From assembly GCA_965222075.1 (NCBI GenBank), contig OZ244937.1:5296006-5360005 (forward strand): DNA of 64,000 nt, given 5' to 3'. This document shows positions 17,622-27,023 of this stretch, in pieces. The stretch's first letter is position 1. Every line of letters starts with the position of its first letter. The position numbers were made by a program, and so were the translations under genes. The stretch is from Candidatus Latescibacterota bacterium (GTDB lineage: Bacteria > Latescibacterota > UBA2968 > GCA-2709665). Under the pieces are notes generated by a model that was not told the DNA's origin, did not search any database, and saw only the letters and a list, made by a program, of their open reading frames with translations.

Positions 17622-19638
17622 TGACCACCCTGTTGTCCCCTCAACTGGCCAGCCCATCGCCTCTCCTAAGATCCAGCCCTCCTGCGCGGTTACCCCCCGC
17701 GCCCTCGTCATCGGCCTCCTGCTGGTCATCGCGATCGATTTCTGGAATATCTATACCGAAACGGTCGCCCGCGGCTCACGGATCAATTTGACCCAGTTTC
17801 CCGTCTCCCTTGTCGCGCCCTTCGTGCTCCTTGCCCTCGTTCTCAACCCCGGCCTGGCCGCTCTGCGCCGGAGGTGGACACTCACCCGCGCCGAGTTGCT
17901 CGTCATTCTGGGCGTGGGTCTGGTCGGCGCTGTCATCCCTTCCTACGGCATGACCAGCATCCTCCTCGGCATGCTGGCCACCCCCTTCTACCACGCCTCT
18001 CCGGAGAACCAGTGGGACCTCTACTTCTTAGATCATATCCCGCCCTGGCTGGCCCCCCGAGATACCGGCTTTGCCCTCACCTACCTGTTCGAGGGACTCC
18101 CCCCCGGGGCCGCCATCCCCTGGGGCGCCTGGCTGGTCCCCCTGTTCTGGTGGGGCAGCTTGATCGCCGCGGTGGTGGCCTTTAGCTTCGGGATCGCGGT
18201 GATCCTCCACCGCCAGTGGGCCGAACACGAGCGCCTCGTCTATCCGCTTCTGAGGCCTGCTATCGCCCTCACCGAGCGGCCCCAGCCCGGTACCTTCTGG
18301 GCCGACATCGTGCGGACCCGCCTCTTCTGGGCCGGCTTCGCCCTCGCCTTCGGATTCAGCGGCTGGCTCTACTTCTCCTCTATCTTTTCAATGGTCCCTT
18401 CCCTTCCCCGCATCCTGTGGCCGGGCCAGTGGTTCTACCTCGACCGATACATGCCTCCGCTCTGGACCAGGCTCAACCTCTACACGTTCGGCTTCGGCTA
18501 TTTCGTCAACCAGGATGTCCTCCTTAGCTTCTGGGTCTTCAACCTGCTCCTGACTGCAGAGGTCGGGCTGTTTCAACGGGTGGGCTACCAGATCAGCGGC
18601 GAGGCCGGCGTCTTAGGCTACATCGGCGCAAGCGGCATCTGGGGCAGCGCCGTGATGGCCTGGCAGTGCTTCGGCGCCCTGACTGTGCTGGTGCTTTGGG
18701 GTTTCTACGTGGCCCGGCGACACCTGACCGACGTGGTCCTCAAGGCCCTCCGACCCAGCCACTCCATTGACGACACGGGTGAATTGCTCTCCTATCGGGC
18801 CGCTGTCTGCTGCACCATCGGGGGCCTGGCCTACACGTTCTTCTGGTTTCACGCTGCCGGCCTGGAACTCCGGATGCTCCTTCCCTTTCTGTTTGCCCTC
18901 CTCATTGTCTACGTCGGCCTGTCGCGCTTCGTGGCCGATGCCGGGGTCCTTTACGCCTACAGCCCCATGAGCCCCCAGGAGTTCATGGTGCGGATCAGCG
19001 GCACCGCCTCCATCTCCGCCTCCAGTATGACGCTTCTCACCTACTCCTTTGTCCTCCGCGCCAACGCGCGGGGGTTCCTCCTGCCCGCGCTGGCCCAGGT
19101 GGTCCGCCTGGGCGACCTGATCCGGGGGCAGGGACGACGGCTCTTCGCCGCGATCGCCCTTGCCATCTTCGTCGCTTTTATCACCTCGATTCTCATGACC
19201 CTGTACATGGGCTACACCTACGGCGGTTCCAATTTCCGCGACCTTCCCTTAAGATACTACCCACCCTTGCTTTTCGACCGGACGCTGAGTCTCATCAAGA
19301 GCTACGTTGAGACCGACCCGGAGCGCCTGATGTTCTTCGCCATCGGCGGAGGGGTTATGGCCCTCCTCACCTACCTGCGCTACCACCTTCCCCGGTGGCC
19401 TCTGCATCCCATCGGTCTCCCCATTGCCGGCACCAGTGCCCGAAGCTCGATTGTGAGCATCGTCCTGATCTGGGGCATCAAGTCGATCCTCCTGCGGATC
19501 GGCGGCGTGGGCCTCTACCGCGAGGGCATCCCATTTTTCACAGGCATCATCGTGGGCCACGCCGTCGTTGCCCTCCTCGGCCATCTGGCCGATCAGGTCT
19601 GGTTTCCCGGCCAGGGGCATTATATTCACGGATGGTGA
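17608..19638 (+). CDS. DUF6785/DUF6784-like polytopic membrane protein (putative transporter), copy 1
   Basis: Many TM segments; ASPENQW, IPW..W.VPLFWW, ILHRQWAEHERLVYP, WPLHPIG, WFP..GH. Start uncertain because it overlaps the remnant. Confidence 0.78.
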   Translation: MGRADDHPVVPSTGQPIASPKIQPSCAVTPRALVIGLLLVIAIDFWNIYTETVARGSRINLTQFPVSLVAPFVLLALVLNPGLAALRRRWTLTRAELLVILGVGLVGAVIPSYGMTSILLGMLATPFYHASPENQWDLYFLDHIPPWLAPRDTGFALTYLFEGLPPGAAIPWGAWLVPLFWWGSLIAAVVAFSFGIAVILHRQWAEHERLVYPLLRPAIALTERPQPGTFWADIVRTRLFWAGFALAFGFSGWLYFSSIFSMVPSLPRILWPGQWFYLDRYMPPLWTRLNLYTFGFGYFVNQDVLLSFWVFNLLLTAEVGLFQRVGYQISGEAGVLGYIGASGIWGSAVMAWQCFGALTVLVLWGFYVARRHLTDVVLKALRPSHSIDDTGELLSYRAAVCCTIGGLAYTFFWFHAAGLELRMLLPFLFALLIVYVGLSRFVADAGVLYAYSPMSPQEFMVRISGTASISASSMTLLTYSFVLRANARGFLLPALAQVVRLGDLIRGQGRRLFAAIALAIFVAFITSILMTLYMGYTYGGSNFRDLPLRYYPPLLFDRTLSLIKSYVETDPERLMFFAIGGGVMALLTYLRYHLPRWPLHPIGLPIAGTSARSSIVSIVLIWGIKSILLRIGGVGLYREGIPFFTGIIVGHAVVALLGHLADQVWFPGQGHYIHGW

Positions 19639-19689
19639 GAACTGTAAAGCGAGGATTCCGTTTCAGAGTTGCCAGCAGGGTAGTGTGGG

Positions 19690-19929
19690 ATGTATATTGA
19701 GAAGGATTTTCCAGCCCACACGGGTGAGGAGCGGTATGCGGAGGCTGCGAAGGTCATCGTGGCGTCGTTTGCCGAAGGCCCCGACCCGCTGGCGGCCAGG
19801 GCCCCGGTAGGGGTGAAGCACGGCTATCAGGCCGTTGTGAGCACCGGCAACAGTATCAGTATTCTCTGGCGGGATAACCTGCGATTCTTCTGGTACGCGG
19901 ATAAGGCCGGGCTGCTGCGGGACTTCTGA
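19690..19929 (+). pseudogene. C-terminal, internally shortened remnant of a PcRGLX/YetA-like paralogue
   Basis: TGEERYAEAAKVIV and RDNLRFFWYADKAGLLRDF resemble TGDERYLEGCRKIV and RGNFRFLYWADRAGLLKDL of the 20137 protein. Confidence 0.7.
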
Positions 19930-20136
19930 TGAACCATCGCAAACTGTCATAAAGAGGTTACACAGGAAGGGGGATGGGCATGCGTGAGCTCAAGCTCGAA
20001 TTTTGAGCAAGGGCTATACCGAACCAGTTTCGGGGTGCCGGCGTTTGCTTACGGAAAAGTGGTGAAATGAACGACCCTAACTACAAGAGGTTCTTACGCG
20101 GGTAATGTCTTAGTCCAAACATAAGGAGAGGTTTCA

Positions 20137-22425
20137 ATGACTGTTCAAGGACGTGGTGCCAACACTCGAGATGAAGCTGAAGTACCCGCGACCGGCGGCC
20201 GTGTGCCGCTCGACTTTGAGGAGCCGACCGGCACATCGCGCAGGGCCTGGCCGGTGACCGAGGGTTTTCCCTTCCCAAAGGGTGCCCTGAATTCTGTCGG
20301 GCAGATTCGGATTGTGGAGGAGGACGGCCGGGCGCTGGCCTGCCAGGTTCGCCCTTTGGCAGAGTGGCCGGATGGGTCGCTGCGCTGGGTGCTGCTGGAT
20401 TTTCAGACGGATATCGTGGCCGGAGAGAACAAACGCCTCTACTTAGAGTACGGGCCCGATGTGAGCCCGCCCGCACCGGAGCGGGCCATCCGCATCGAGG
20501 AGACCGAGAAGACAGTTACCGTTGATACGGGGCCATTGCAGGTCAAGATCGAACGGGGCTTTCTTTCGCAGGTCGTGCTGGATGGCGAGCCGATGGTTGC
20601 GGAAGGTGAGCCGATCGGTCCCTGGCTGATGGGGGAGGACGGGAAGCGTTTTCGGGCGACGGGCGATCCCGACTGTGAGGTGGCGGTTGAGGCGTCCGGT
20701 CCGCTGCGGGCGGTGATCCGGATGGCCGGGCGCCACACGGCTGACGACGGCGAACAGGTCTTCGGGTTTATCGTTCGGGTGACGCTGTGGGCCGGGCGCA
20801 GCGATTTGCAGGTGGAATACACGTTTGTGAACGATGCGGACGCGGAGGTGACAGAGCTTCAGGAGATCGGCGTTGACCTTCCGCTGCGCCTGGGGTCGGA
20901 GCGGGTTGGGACCTATGGCGCCTACGACTCTGTTCAGCAGGTGAAGGAAGACTTCCATCTGGTTCAGGACAAGCCGGTGATGCGTTCGCGGTCTATCTTC
21001 AGCGAGCCGCGCGCCGCCGATGGAGAACCGCTGGCGGGACGGGGGCAGGGGTGGGTCGATCTGAGCGACGGGGTGCGGGGTGTGACGGCATCGCTGCAGA
21101 CGTTTGGGCAGAACTATCCGAAGGTGGCGGCGGTCGAGGGAGATACGATCGGTTTCCGGTTGTGGCCTGCGGAGGGGGGGATTTTGAAGTTTGTGCAGGG
21201 GATGGCGAAGACGCACCGGCTTTATTACCACTTCCACGCGGGCGATGGGGCAGCGGCACAGGCTAACGAGGCAGCGGTGAATTTTGAAGAGCCGCTGCTT
21301 TTCGCCTCGCCCGATTGGGTGCTGGGCAGCGGTGCGCCGGGGGAGGTGTTCCCGTGTATGCCGGACCGGTATCCGGGCATCGAGCGGGCGTTTCGGGATG
21401 CATACGTGCATTACGCATACGACAACCTGGCATTCGGGATGATCGACTATGGCGACTTTCCACAGCTCGGCACGGAGGGTCGGGAGAGGTATATGGGGAA
21501 CAACGAGCACGATCTGGCGCACGGTCTGCTGCTCCAGTTCGCCCGCACGGGAGACCGGATGTATTTCATAAGCGCGGATGCGGCGGTGTGGCATACGATG
21601 GATATCGATACGATCCACCACACGACGGATTCGCCCGAGGTGCTGGGCGGACAGCGCGCGCACGGGGACGACCACGGGAAGGCGGCGATCTATCCGTCGC
21701 ATATGTGGAGCGAGGGGCTGGTGGAGTATTACTGGATGACGGGTCATCCCCGGGCGCTGGAGATCGTGCGGGGGCTGGGGGATTGCTATCTGCGAATGGT
21801 GGAGTTAGGTCGGTCTCTGCGGGGTGACCGGGAGGGGGGATGGTCGTTGATCGCGCTGACGGCGATCTACGAGGCGACGGGGGACGAGCGGTACTTAGAG
21901 GGCTGCCGCAAGATCGTGCATGCGGTGCAGGGGCAGCAGAGAGAAGATGGGGGATGGTTGATTAAGGTAGGATTTCGCCAGGCCATCTCGCCGATGCACG
22001 TGTGCATCCTGCTGGCCGGGCTGCGCAAGGTGCACGCGCTGACCGGGGATGAGTCGGTGCGCGAGACTTTCCTGAAAGGGATGGATTGGGTCTATGCGAA
22101 GGGGCGTTTCCCGGACGGGACGCTCCGCTACATTGACCATCCGGACCCGGCCTTCCGGCGGTCGCGTTACGGCGGGGATCTGCGGGAAGCGTTCGGGTAT
22201 GCCTACCACCTGACGGGCGATCCGAAGTACATCGAGATGGGTCTGGTCAACAACAAGTGGGCGTTTGGGGTGGACTGTCTGCGCGGTTCCTGGATGTTCG
22301 GGATCACCCAGGATCTCCGCTTAGTGATGGTGTTCGGATCGAATCTGGCGAGCGAGTACCGTGGCAATTTCCGCTTCCTCTACTGGGCGGACCGGGCCGG
22401 ATTGCTGAAAGATTTGCCAGAGTGA
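20137..22425 (+). CDS. PcRGLX/YetA-like (exo-rhamnogalacturonan lyase-like) protein, copy 1
   Basis: WPVTEGFPFPKG...LAEWPDGSLRWVLLDF N-terminus, G.IDYGD, NNEHD, HTMDID..H, helical-barrel YWMTG/YEATGDERY repeats. No signal peptide. Confidence 0.68.
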   Translation: MTVQGRGANTRDEAEVPATGGRVPLDFEEPTGTSRRAWPVTEGFPFPKGALNSVGQIRIVEEDGRALACQVRPLAEWPDGSLRWVLLDFQTDIVAGENKRLYLEYGPDVSPPAPERAIRIEETEKTVTVDTGPLQVKIERGFLSQVVLDGEPMVAEGEPIGPWLMGEDGKRFRATGDPDCEVAVEASGPLRAVIRMAGRHTADDGEQVFGFIVRVTLWAGRSDLQVEYTFVNDADAEVTELQEIGVDLPLRLGSERVGTYGAYDSVQQVKEDFHLVQDKPVMRSRSIFSEPRAADGEPLAGRGQGWVDLSDGVRGVTASLQTFGQNYPKVAAVEGDTIGFRLWPAEGGILKFVQGMAKTHRLYYHFHAGDGAAAQANEAAVNFEEPLLFASPDWVLGSGAPGEVFPCMPDRYPGIERAFRDAYVHYAYDNLAFGMIDYGDFPQLGTEGRERYMGNNEHDLAHGLLLQFARTGDRMYFISADAAVWHTMDIDTIHHTTDSPEVLGGQRAHGDDHGKAAIYPSHMWSEGLVEYYWMTGHPRALEIVRGLGDCYLRMVELGRSLRGDREGGWSLIALTAIYEATGDERYLEGCRKIVHAVQGQQREDGGWLIKVGFRQAISPMHVCILLAGLRKVHALTGDESVRETFLKGMDWVYAKGRFPDGTLRYIDHPDPAFRRSRYGGDLREAFGYAYHLTGDPKYIEMGLVNNKWAFGVDCLRGSWMFGITQDLRLVMVFGSNLASEYRGNFRFLYWADRAGLLKDLPE

Positions 22426-22590
22426 CAAGGCCAGCGGCGATAGAAGAGAAGTCCTGGAGGATTTCCGCTCTGAGGTTGTCGTGTCAGGAGAATCTGCAGG
22501 TGACGACGCAGGAGGGAGCGTTCCTGGTGCTGCGCTCTCGGCGGGACGAGGAATCGAGGAAACCTGATCAGATACGTGTCCAATAAAGGG

Positions 22591-22619
22591 TTGACCAGGG
22601 GTGCCCTACAATATATATT
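22591..22619 (+). promoter_or_regulatory. Sigma70-type promoter (copy 2 of a duplicated element)
   Basis: TTGACC-N17-TATATT within a ~45-bp near copy of 5766-5810. Confidence 0.6.
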
Positions 22620-22663
22620 TCCCATGATCAAGCACTGGGTTTACGGCCCGGAAGTCGCCTACG

Positions 22664-22800
22664 GTAGGGGATTTGGGGCAACCGCAGGGGGGCAATCACA
22701 GGGGGGCAACCGCAGGCGGGCAATCACAGGAGGGCAACCGCAGGGGGGGCAATCACAGAGGGGCAACCGCAGGGGGGCAATCACAGGGGATTGCCCCTAC
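22664..22800. repeat. GTAG REP-like element with 8 tandem ~15-bp units
   Basis: GTAGGGG start, alternating GGGCAACCGCAGG / GGGCAATCACAGG units, ending GGGCAATCACAGGGGATTGCCCCTAC. Confidence 0.8.
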
Positions 22801-22826
22801 GGGACGCTGTCTGTCGGAGGTTTGCG

Positions 22827-25289
22827 ATGAAAGCTTCAGTCGGATACCGAGATTCGGTTTTCTCCCTCAGGGGTCTCTGCCGGGTTCTGGCGCTGGTCTC
22901 TGTGTCTGCGACTCTAACGGCATCGGCGGCCTTCTCCGATGAGGGCGGAGCGGTTTCGGGTTCCCAGGTCGAGCGGCAACTGGATGAGGGGGAGCTCGAC
23001 GAGGCCGTGGGTCTGTTCACCCGCCTGGTCGAGGCCTACCCGGAGGACGCCCACCTGCGGATCCGGCTGGGCTATGCCTACCTCAAGCGGAAGGACTTTA
23101 AGTTGGCTACAAAGACCTTTAAAGAGGCCAAGAATCTGGATAGGACCCGCCCTGAGGCATACGTGGGGCTTGGGCTGGCCCATGCAGAGCGCCCTGCCAG
23201 AGGCCTGGAGGCCTTCTATAACTTCCGACGTGCCATAGGCGAGGCCAAGCGGGCGACCAGGCTGGACTCGACCTACGGACCCGCGTACCGCCTCCTCGGC
23301 GAGATCTACGAGCGCTATGAGGAGAATCATAAAAAGGCGATTGTATATTTTACGAAGTATGTCGAGCTGGAATCCGATAACCCGGACGGTCTCTACTATT
23401 TCGGACGCGCCTGCGTACAGGCCAAGGAGTACGAAAAGATCGCCCAATACATCGCTCCCTACGTGAAGGCACATCCTGAGAAATCCCGGCTCCTTCCCTT
23501 AGTGGCGCAGGCGCATTTCTTTCTGGAGCGGTTTGATCTGGCTTTAGAATACTTCGAACACTACCTGCGGACGCTGGACGAGGCGGAGCATCAGCTTTAT
23601 ACCGATGTTTCCTTAGTTGCTTCCAAAAAGGAACTCGAAGACCTCCAGGCGACGCCCGAAGCGGAACGCGTGGCCTACCTGGAGCAGTTCTGGCTGAGGC
23701 GGGATTCCGATATTCTAACCAAAATCAACGAGCGTATTATCGAGCACTACCGCCGGGTCTGGTTCGCCCGGACTTTTTTTTCCGACAAGGTCCATCCCTG
23801 GGACAAGCGGGGGGAGGTCTACATCCGGTATGGGGAGCCCGACTACCGCTCCCGGTCCACTGAGAGGCAGTTCGTTCAGAGTCCCGAAGTGGAGGCCATC
23901 CGCAACCGGATGGCGGTGATTATGTATGGGGCCGAGGCCACCTTTCTGACCTTTACGGGTCCTGTGTTTCCGATTCGGTCGCATCGTGATCCATTTGCTG
24001 CTACCCTCTACGACCAGGAGGATGCACTCGTAGATGTACTGGGTCCCGTCAATGAAGAGGGAGACCTCGCGGACGAGTTCGCGGAAACGACGCCGAACCT
24101 CAGTCTCCCTGCCAGCAGTGACGAGGAGGCCATTATTAATAAAGAGGACAGCCGCTTTGACGAAATTGGCAACCCGAAGACGCAGCTCAATTTTGGCGGG
24201 TACGCCCCTGTCACGATGGGCAACGAGTTCGGGACCGTGCCCTGGGAGACCTGGACCTACACGAAGATCGGGGGCGGCATCGAAATCACGTTCACAGACG
24301 AGATGGGCAGCGGGGTGTTCGCCTTTGCTCCCATCCCTTCACTCGATGTTGACCCGGACCTTCGCAAGGTTTCCCAGGTTACCAGGTTTGCCCCCAGCAC
24401 CATCTTCGAAAATGCCGTCGCCCAGGTACCTGACTACTACCGTCCGGGCTTTCTGCATCCCCCCCTCGAGTTCTACTTCGACTTGGCCGACTTCCGGGGT
24501 TCCGACGATCAGACCACGCTGGAGGTCTACTACGGGATTCCGGCTGAACAGATCGAAGTTTTTCAGAAGGCGGACTCGACCTTTGTGGAGGTGCAGTGCG
24601 CGGCGGCTCTGGCGAATGCGGACCATACCTCCGTCTACCGGACCGCATCGAAACACACCTATCGGGTTGTGGACCGTTTTACACAGGCCAGGGGGACGTT
24701 CCAGCCCGAGCTCCTTAAGGTCCAGGCGCCTCCCGGCAGATACGAACTCCAGGTTCAGCTCAAGGACCTGACCTCGGGCCGCACCGGGATCTACAGGCAG
24801 TCCGTAGAGGTGAAGGCGTATCCTGAAGACGTGCTTCGGATCAGCGACATCCAGCTGGCCGCTGCGATCGAAGACACGGGGTCGATCGACAGGTTCAGGA
24901 AGGGGGATATCTGGGTTGTGCCGATGCCGACCCGCAACTACAGGGGATCCCAGAAGGTTTACTTCTACTGCGAGATCTACAATCTCAATAGGGACATCTT
25001 CGGTCGGACTCGCTACAGCATAAAGTACCTCGTCAGATCTGTTTCAAAGTCCACGATCGGGTTCGGTGAGGCGGCTGCAGCAAGACTCCGTTCTCTGCTC
25101 AGGAGCGGTAAACCTCAGGTTTCGATCGCCTACGAACAGACCGGGTCGGAGACGACCGTGCAGGAATACGTCGAGATTGATCTGACTAAGCTCAAGCGCG
25201 GGGCTAAAGTGTTTGAGCTCAAGATCAAGGATCTTGTCACCGGCAAGACCGCGACCCGCGAGATTCGTTTCCGGTACGGAGAAGGTTGA
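22827..25289 (+). CDS. TPR + GWxTD domain-containing secreted protein, copy 2
   Basis: TPRs, EHYRRVWFAR...PWDKRGEVYIRYGEPD, TVPWETWTY, ISDIQLA...YCEIYNL. GGAGG RBS before ATG 22827. Confidence 0.82.
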   Translation: MKASVGYRDSVFSLRGLCRVLALVSVSATLTASAAFSDEGGAVSGSQVERQLDEGELDEAVGLFTRLVEAYPEDAHLRIRLGYAYLKRKDFKLATKTFKEAKNLDRTRPEAYVGLGLAHAERPARGLEAFYNFRRAIGEAKRATRLDSTYGPAYRLLGEIYERYEENHKKAIVYFTKYVELESDNPDGLYYFGRACVQAKEYEKIAQYIAPYVKAHPEKSRLLPLVAQAHFFLERFDLALEYFEHYLRTLDEAEHQLYTDVSLVASKKELEDLQATPEAERVAYLEQFWLRRDSDILTKINERIIEHYRRVWFARTFFSDKVHPWDKRGEVYIRYGEPDYRSRSTERQFVQSPEVEAIRNRMAVIMYGAEATFLTFTGPVFPIRSHRDPFAATLYDQEDALVDVLGPVNEEGDLADEFAETTPNLSLPASSDEEAIINKEDSRFDEIGNPKTQLNFGGYAPVTMGNEFGTVPWETWTYTKIGGGIEITFTDEMGSGVFAFAPIPSLDVDPDLRKVSQVTRFAPSTIFENAVAQVPDYYRPGFLHPPLEFYFDLADFRGSDDQTTLEVYYGIPAEQIEVFQKADSTFVEVQCAAALANADHTSVYRTASKHTYRVVDRFTQARGTFQPELLKVQAPPGRYELQVQLKDLTSGRTGIYRQSVEVKAYPEDVLRISDIQLAAAIEDTGSIDRFRKGDIWVVPMPTRNYRGSQKVYFYCEIYNLNRDIFGRTRYSIKYLVRSVSKSTIGFGEAAAARLRSLLRSGKPQVSIAYEQTGSETTVQEYVEIDLTKLKRGAKVFELKIKDLVTGKTATREIRFRYGEG

Positions 25290-25401
25290 TTTCGTCTGTG
25301 CGATTATCGCTGCGCAAGGAGCCGAGTAAACGGTCTTATAATGTATGTGGTAGAAATTTAAGGGTATCTAATTGGAAAATTTAAGATTCTTAAAATAAGG
25401 C

Positions 25402-25470
25402 TTGACAATGGTGCCAAACGGTTGTAATTTGGTTTTAGATTGGAGGGTTTGTTAGCGCAAACGTTCCCGC
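25402..25470 (+). promoter_or_regulatory. Promoter and LacI-type operator candidates
   Basis: TTGACA-N17-TAATTT (25402-25430). GCCAAACGGTTGT lies inside the spacer, and GCGCAAACGTTCCCGC (25455-25470) is a CG-centred LacI-type palindrome. Confidence 0.6.
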
Positions 25471-25527
25471 AACACGACGTTTGTCTCGTCAAGGGGGCTG
25501 AGTCTTGGGGAAAAGAAGATTTGAAGG

Positions 25528-26580
25528 ATGAAACGGCAGAGGCGAGTCACGATTAAAGACATCGCGCGGTATTTGGGGATTTCGTCTTCGACGGTGTCGC
25601 GGGCGCTGAGCGGTGGTCTGGAAGACCGGATCAGCCTGGCCACACAGAAGAAGGTCCTGAAAGCTGCCTCGGCGCTGGAGTACTACCCGAACTTAATGGC
25701 GCGCGCGATAGTCAAGCGGAAGAGCGGCGTTCTGGGCCTGCTTACCTGTGAGATCTTCTATCCTGGCCAGTCCAGCTACGTCCAGGACATAGTGATGGAG
25801 GCGCACCGGCACGGCTATCAGGTTACGCTGGGGGTAGCCACCTCTTCCCGCTCTGAAGATGTGCTGGACGACCTGCAGGTGCAGGTCCGGCAGATGATCT
25901 CAATGAATGTGGATGGACTGTTGATCCACATGCGGGGGATTGCCGGTGAAGAGAGGCAAATCGTCGATTCGGTTGGGGATGTGGTGCCTGCGGTGGCCTT
26001 TAGCCACCCCATAGAAGGGATTAGCAACGTGGTCCTGGACCGGGTTGCGGGCGCGTACGCGGCCGCGGAACATCTGATCCGGTTGGGACATCAACGCATC
26101 GGGTTTGTGGGGGTGGATTGGGCGCGGGCGCGGATGTCCGCGCGGCAGGGTTACCTCCGCGCCGTACAGGAGTACGGCCTGACGCCGGAGGAGGTGTTTG
26201 TGGATGGCGAGACCCTGGAGGAGGGCTACCGGCTGGGTGTACAGATGGGGCGCGCGTCCGACCGGGCAACGGCCCTCATCTACTGCAGCGGCGTCTTGCT
26301 CGGGATCGGGATCTGCCGGGGTCTCCAGGAGGTCGGGGTTCGGGTTCCGGAGGAGGTCGCGGTCGTGGGGGGCGACACCAGCGGGCTCGGGGCCTATTGC
26401 ACCCCTCCTATGACGGCGGTCACTCCGTCTGTGGAGGAGGTTTGTCGGTATGCGATCCGACTGCTTATCGATCAGTTAAACGGGGAACCTGAGGTGAGGC
26501 GCGTGACGATTCAGCCGCGCCTCATCGTCCGGAAGTCCTGTGGGGCGGATCTGAGGCTGCAATCGGCTGTTTCAGTTTGA
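25528..26580 (+). CDS. LacI family transcriptional regulator
   Basis: VTIKDIARYLGISSSTVSRAL, YYPNLMAR, EHLIRLGHQRIG, RVPEEVAVVG, LIVRKSC. Confidence 0.95.
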   Translation: MKRQRRVTIKDIARYLGISSSTVSRALSGGLEDRISLATQKKVLKAASALEYYPNLMARAIVKRKSGVLGLLTCEIFYPGQSSYVQDIVMEAHRHGYQVTLGVATSSRSEDVLDDLQVQVRQMISMNVDGLLIHMRGIAGEERQIVDSVGDVVPAVAFSHPIEGISNVVLDRVAGAYAAAEHLIRLGHQRIGFVGVDWARARMSARQGYLRAVQEYGLTPEEVFVDGETLEEGYRLGVQMGRASDRATALIYCSGVLLGIGICRGLQEVGVRVPEEVAVVGGDTSGLGAYCTPPMTAVTPSVEEVCRYAIRLLIDQLNGEPEVRRVTIQPRLIVRKSCGADLRLQSAVSV

Positions 26581-26603
26581 CTATGGCCTGATCGGCGGCC
26601 CAT

Positions 26604-26699
26604 AAGAAAGCCGTTAGCCACCGACCTGACGAGAAGGGGCTAACGGCTTAGAAGGGGATGTAAAGGGGCACCACAACCCTTTCATATCCCTTTGCAGAA
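26604..26699 (-). ncRNA. Candidate ~95-nt small RNA (two hairpins)
   Basis: Minus-strand TTGACT-N17-TATATT promoter (26734-26706), then a hairpin, then a 12-bp terminator stem AAGCCGTTAGCC/GGCTAACGGCTT with a TCTT tail. Confidence 0.5.
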
Positions 26700-27023
26700 G
26701 GTGCAAATATAGAAACTATTCGCAATAAAGTCAAGACCTAACCTCAATGTCGTGGTGGTCGAGGCCGTGGGACTGGTGGATGCGATCTATCGCTTGCAGA
26801 TCTGACCTCATCAGGCAGGGAGAATCGCAGATGGGAGGTCTGAGTACCAAGCAAGTTTCGTTTTACGTGGAGGGGTTGAACTCGAAACCGGGGTGGTGTT
26901 GGGAAGTGCAGGGACCCTGAGCCGGGAGAAAGGAGGAAGAATGCGATATAGAGGATTCCGCTACAGTTTTGGGATTTTCGGAGGGATGAGGTGATACCTT
27001 CAACCCGAAGGAGAGGAGGAGAG

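Noticed and set aside
15682-17628. 648-aa minus-strand ORF (also 12587-13519, 20443-21747, 39251-40666, 45513-46916)
   Set aside because: Antisense shadows of well-supported + strand genes in GC-rich DNA, with no recognisable motifs.
22675-22800. CRISPR array or coding repeat (ORFs 22576, 22673)
   Set aside because: Contiguous ~15-bp units with no unique spacers. The ORFs are low-complexity translations of the repeat.
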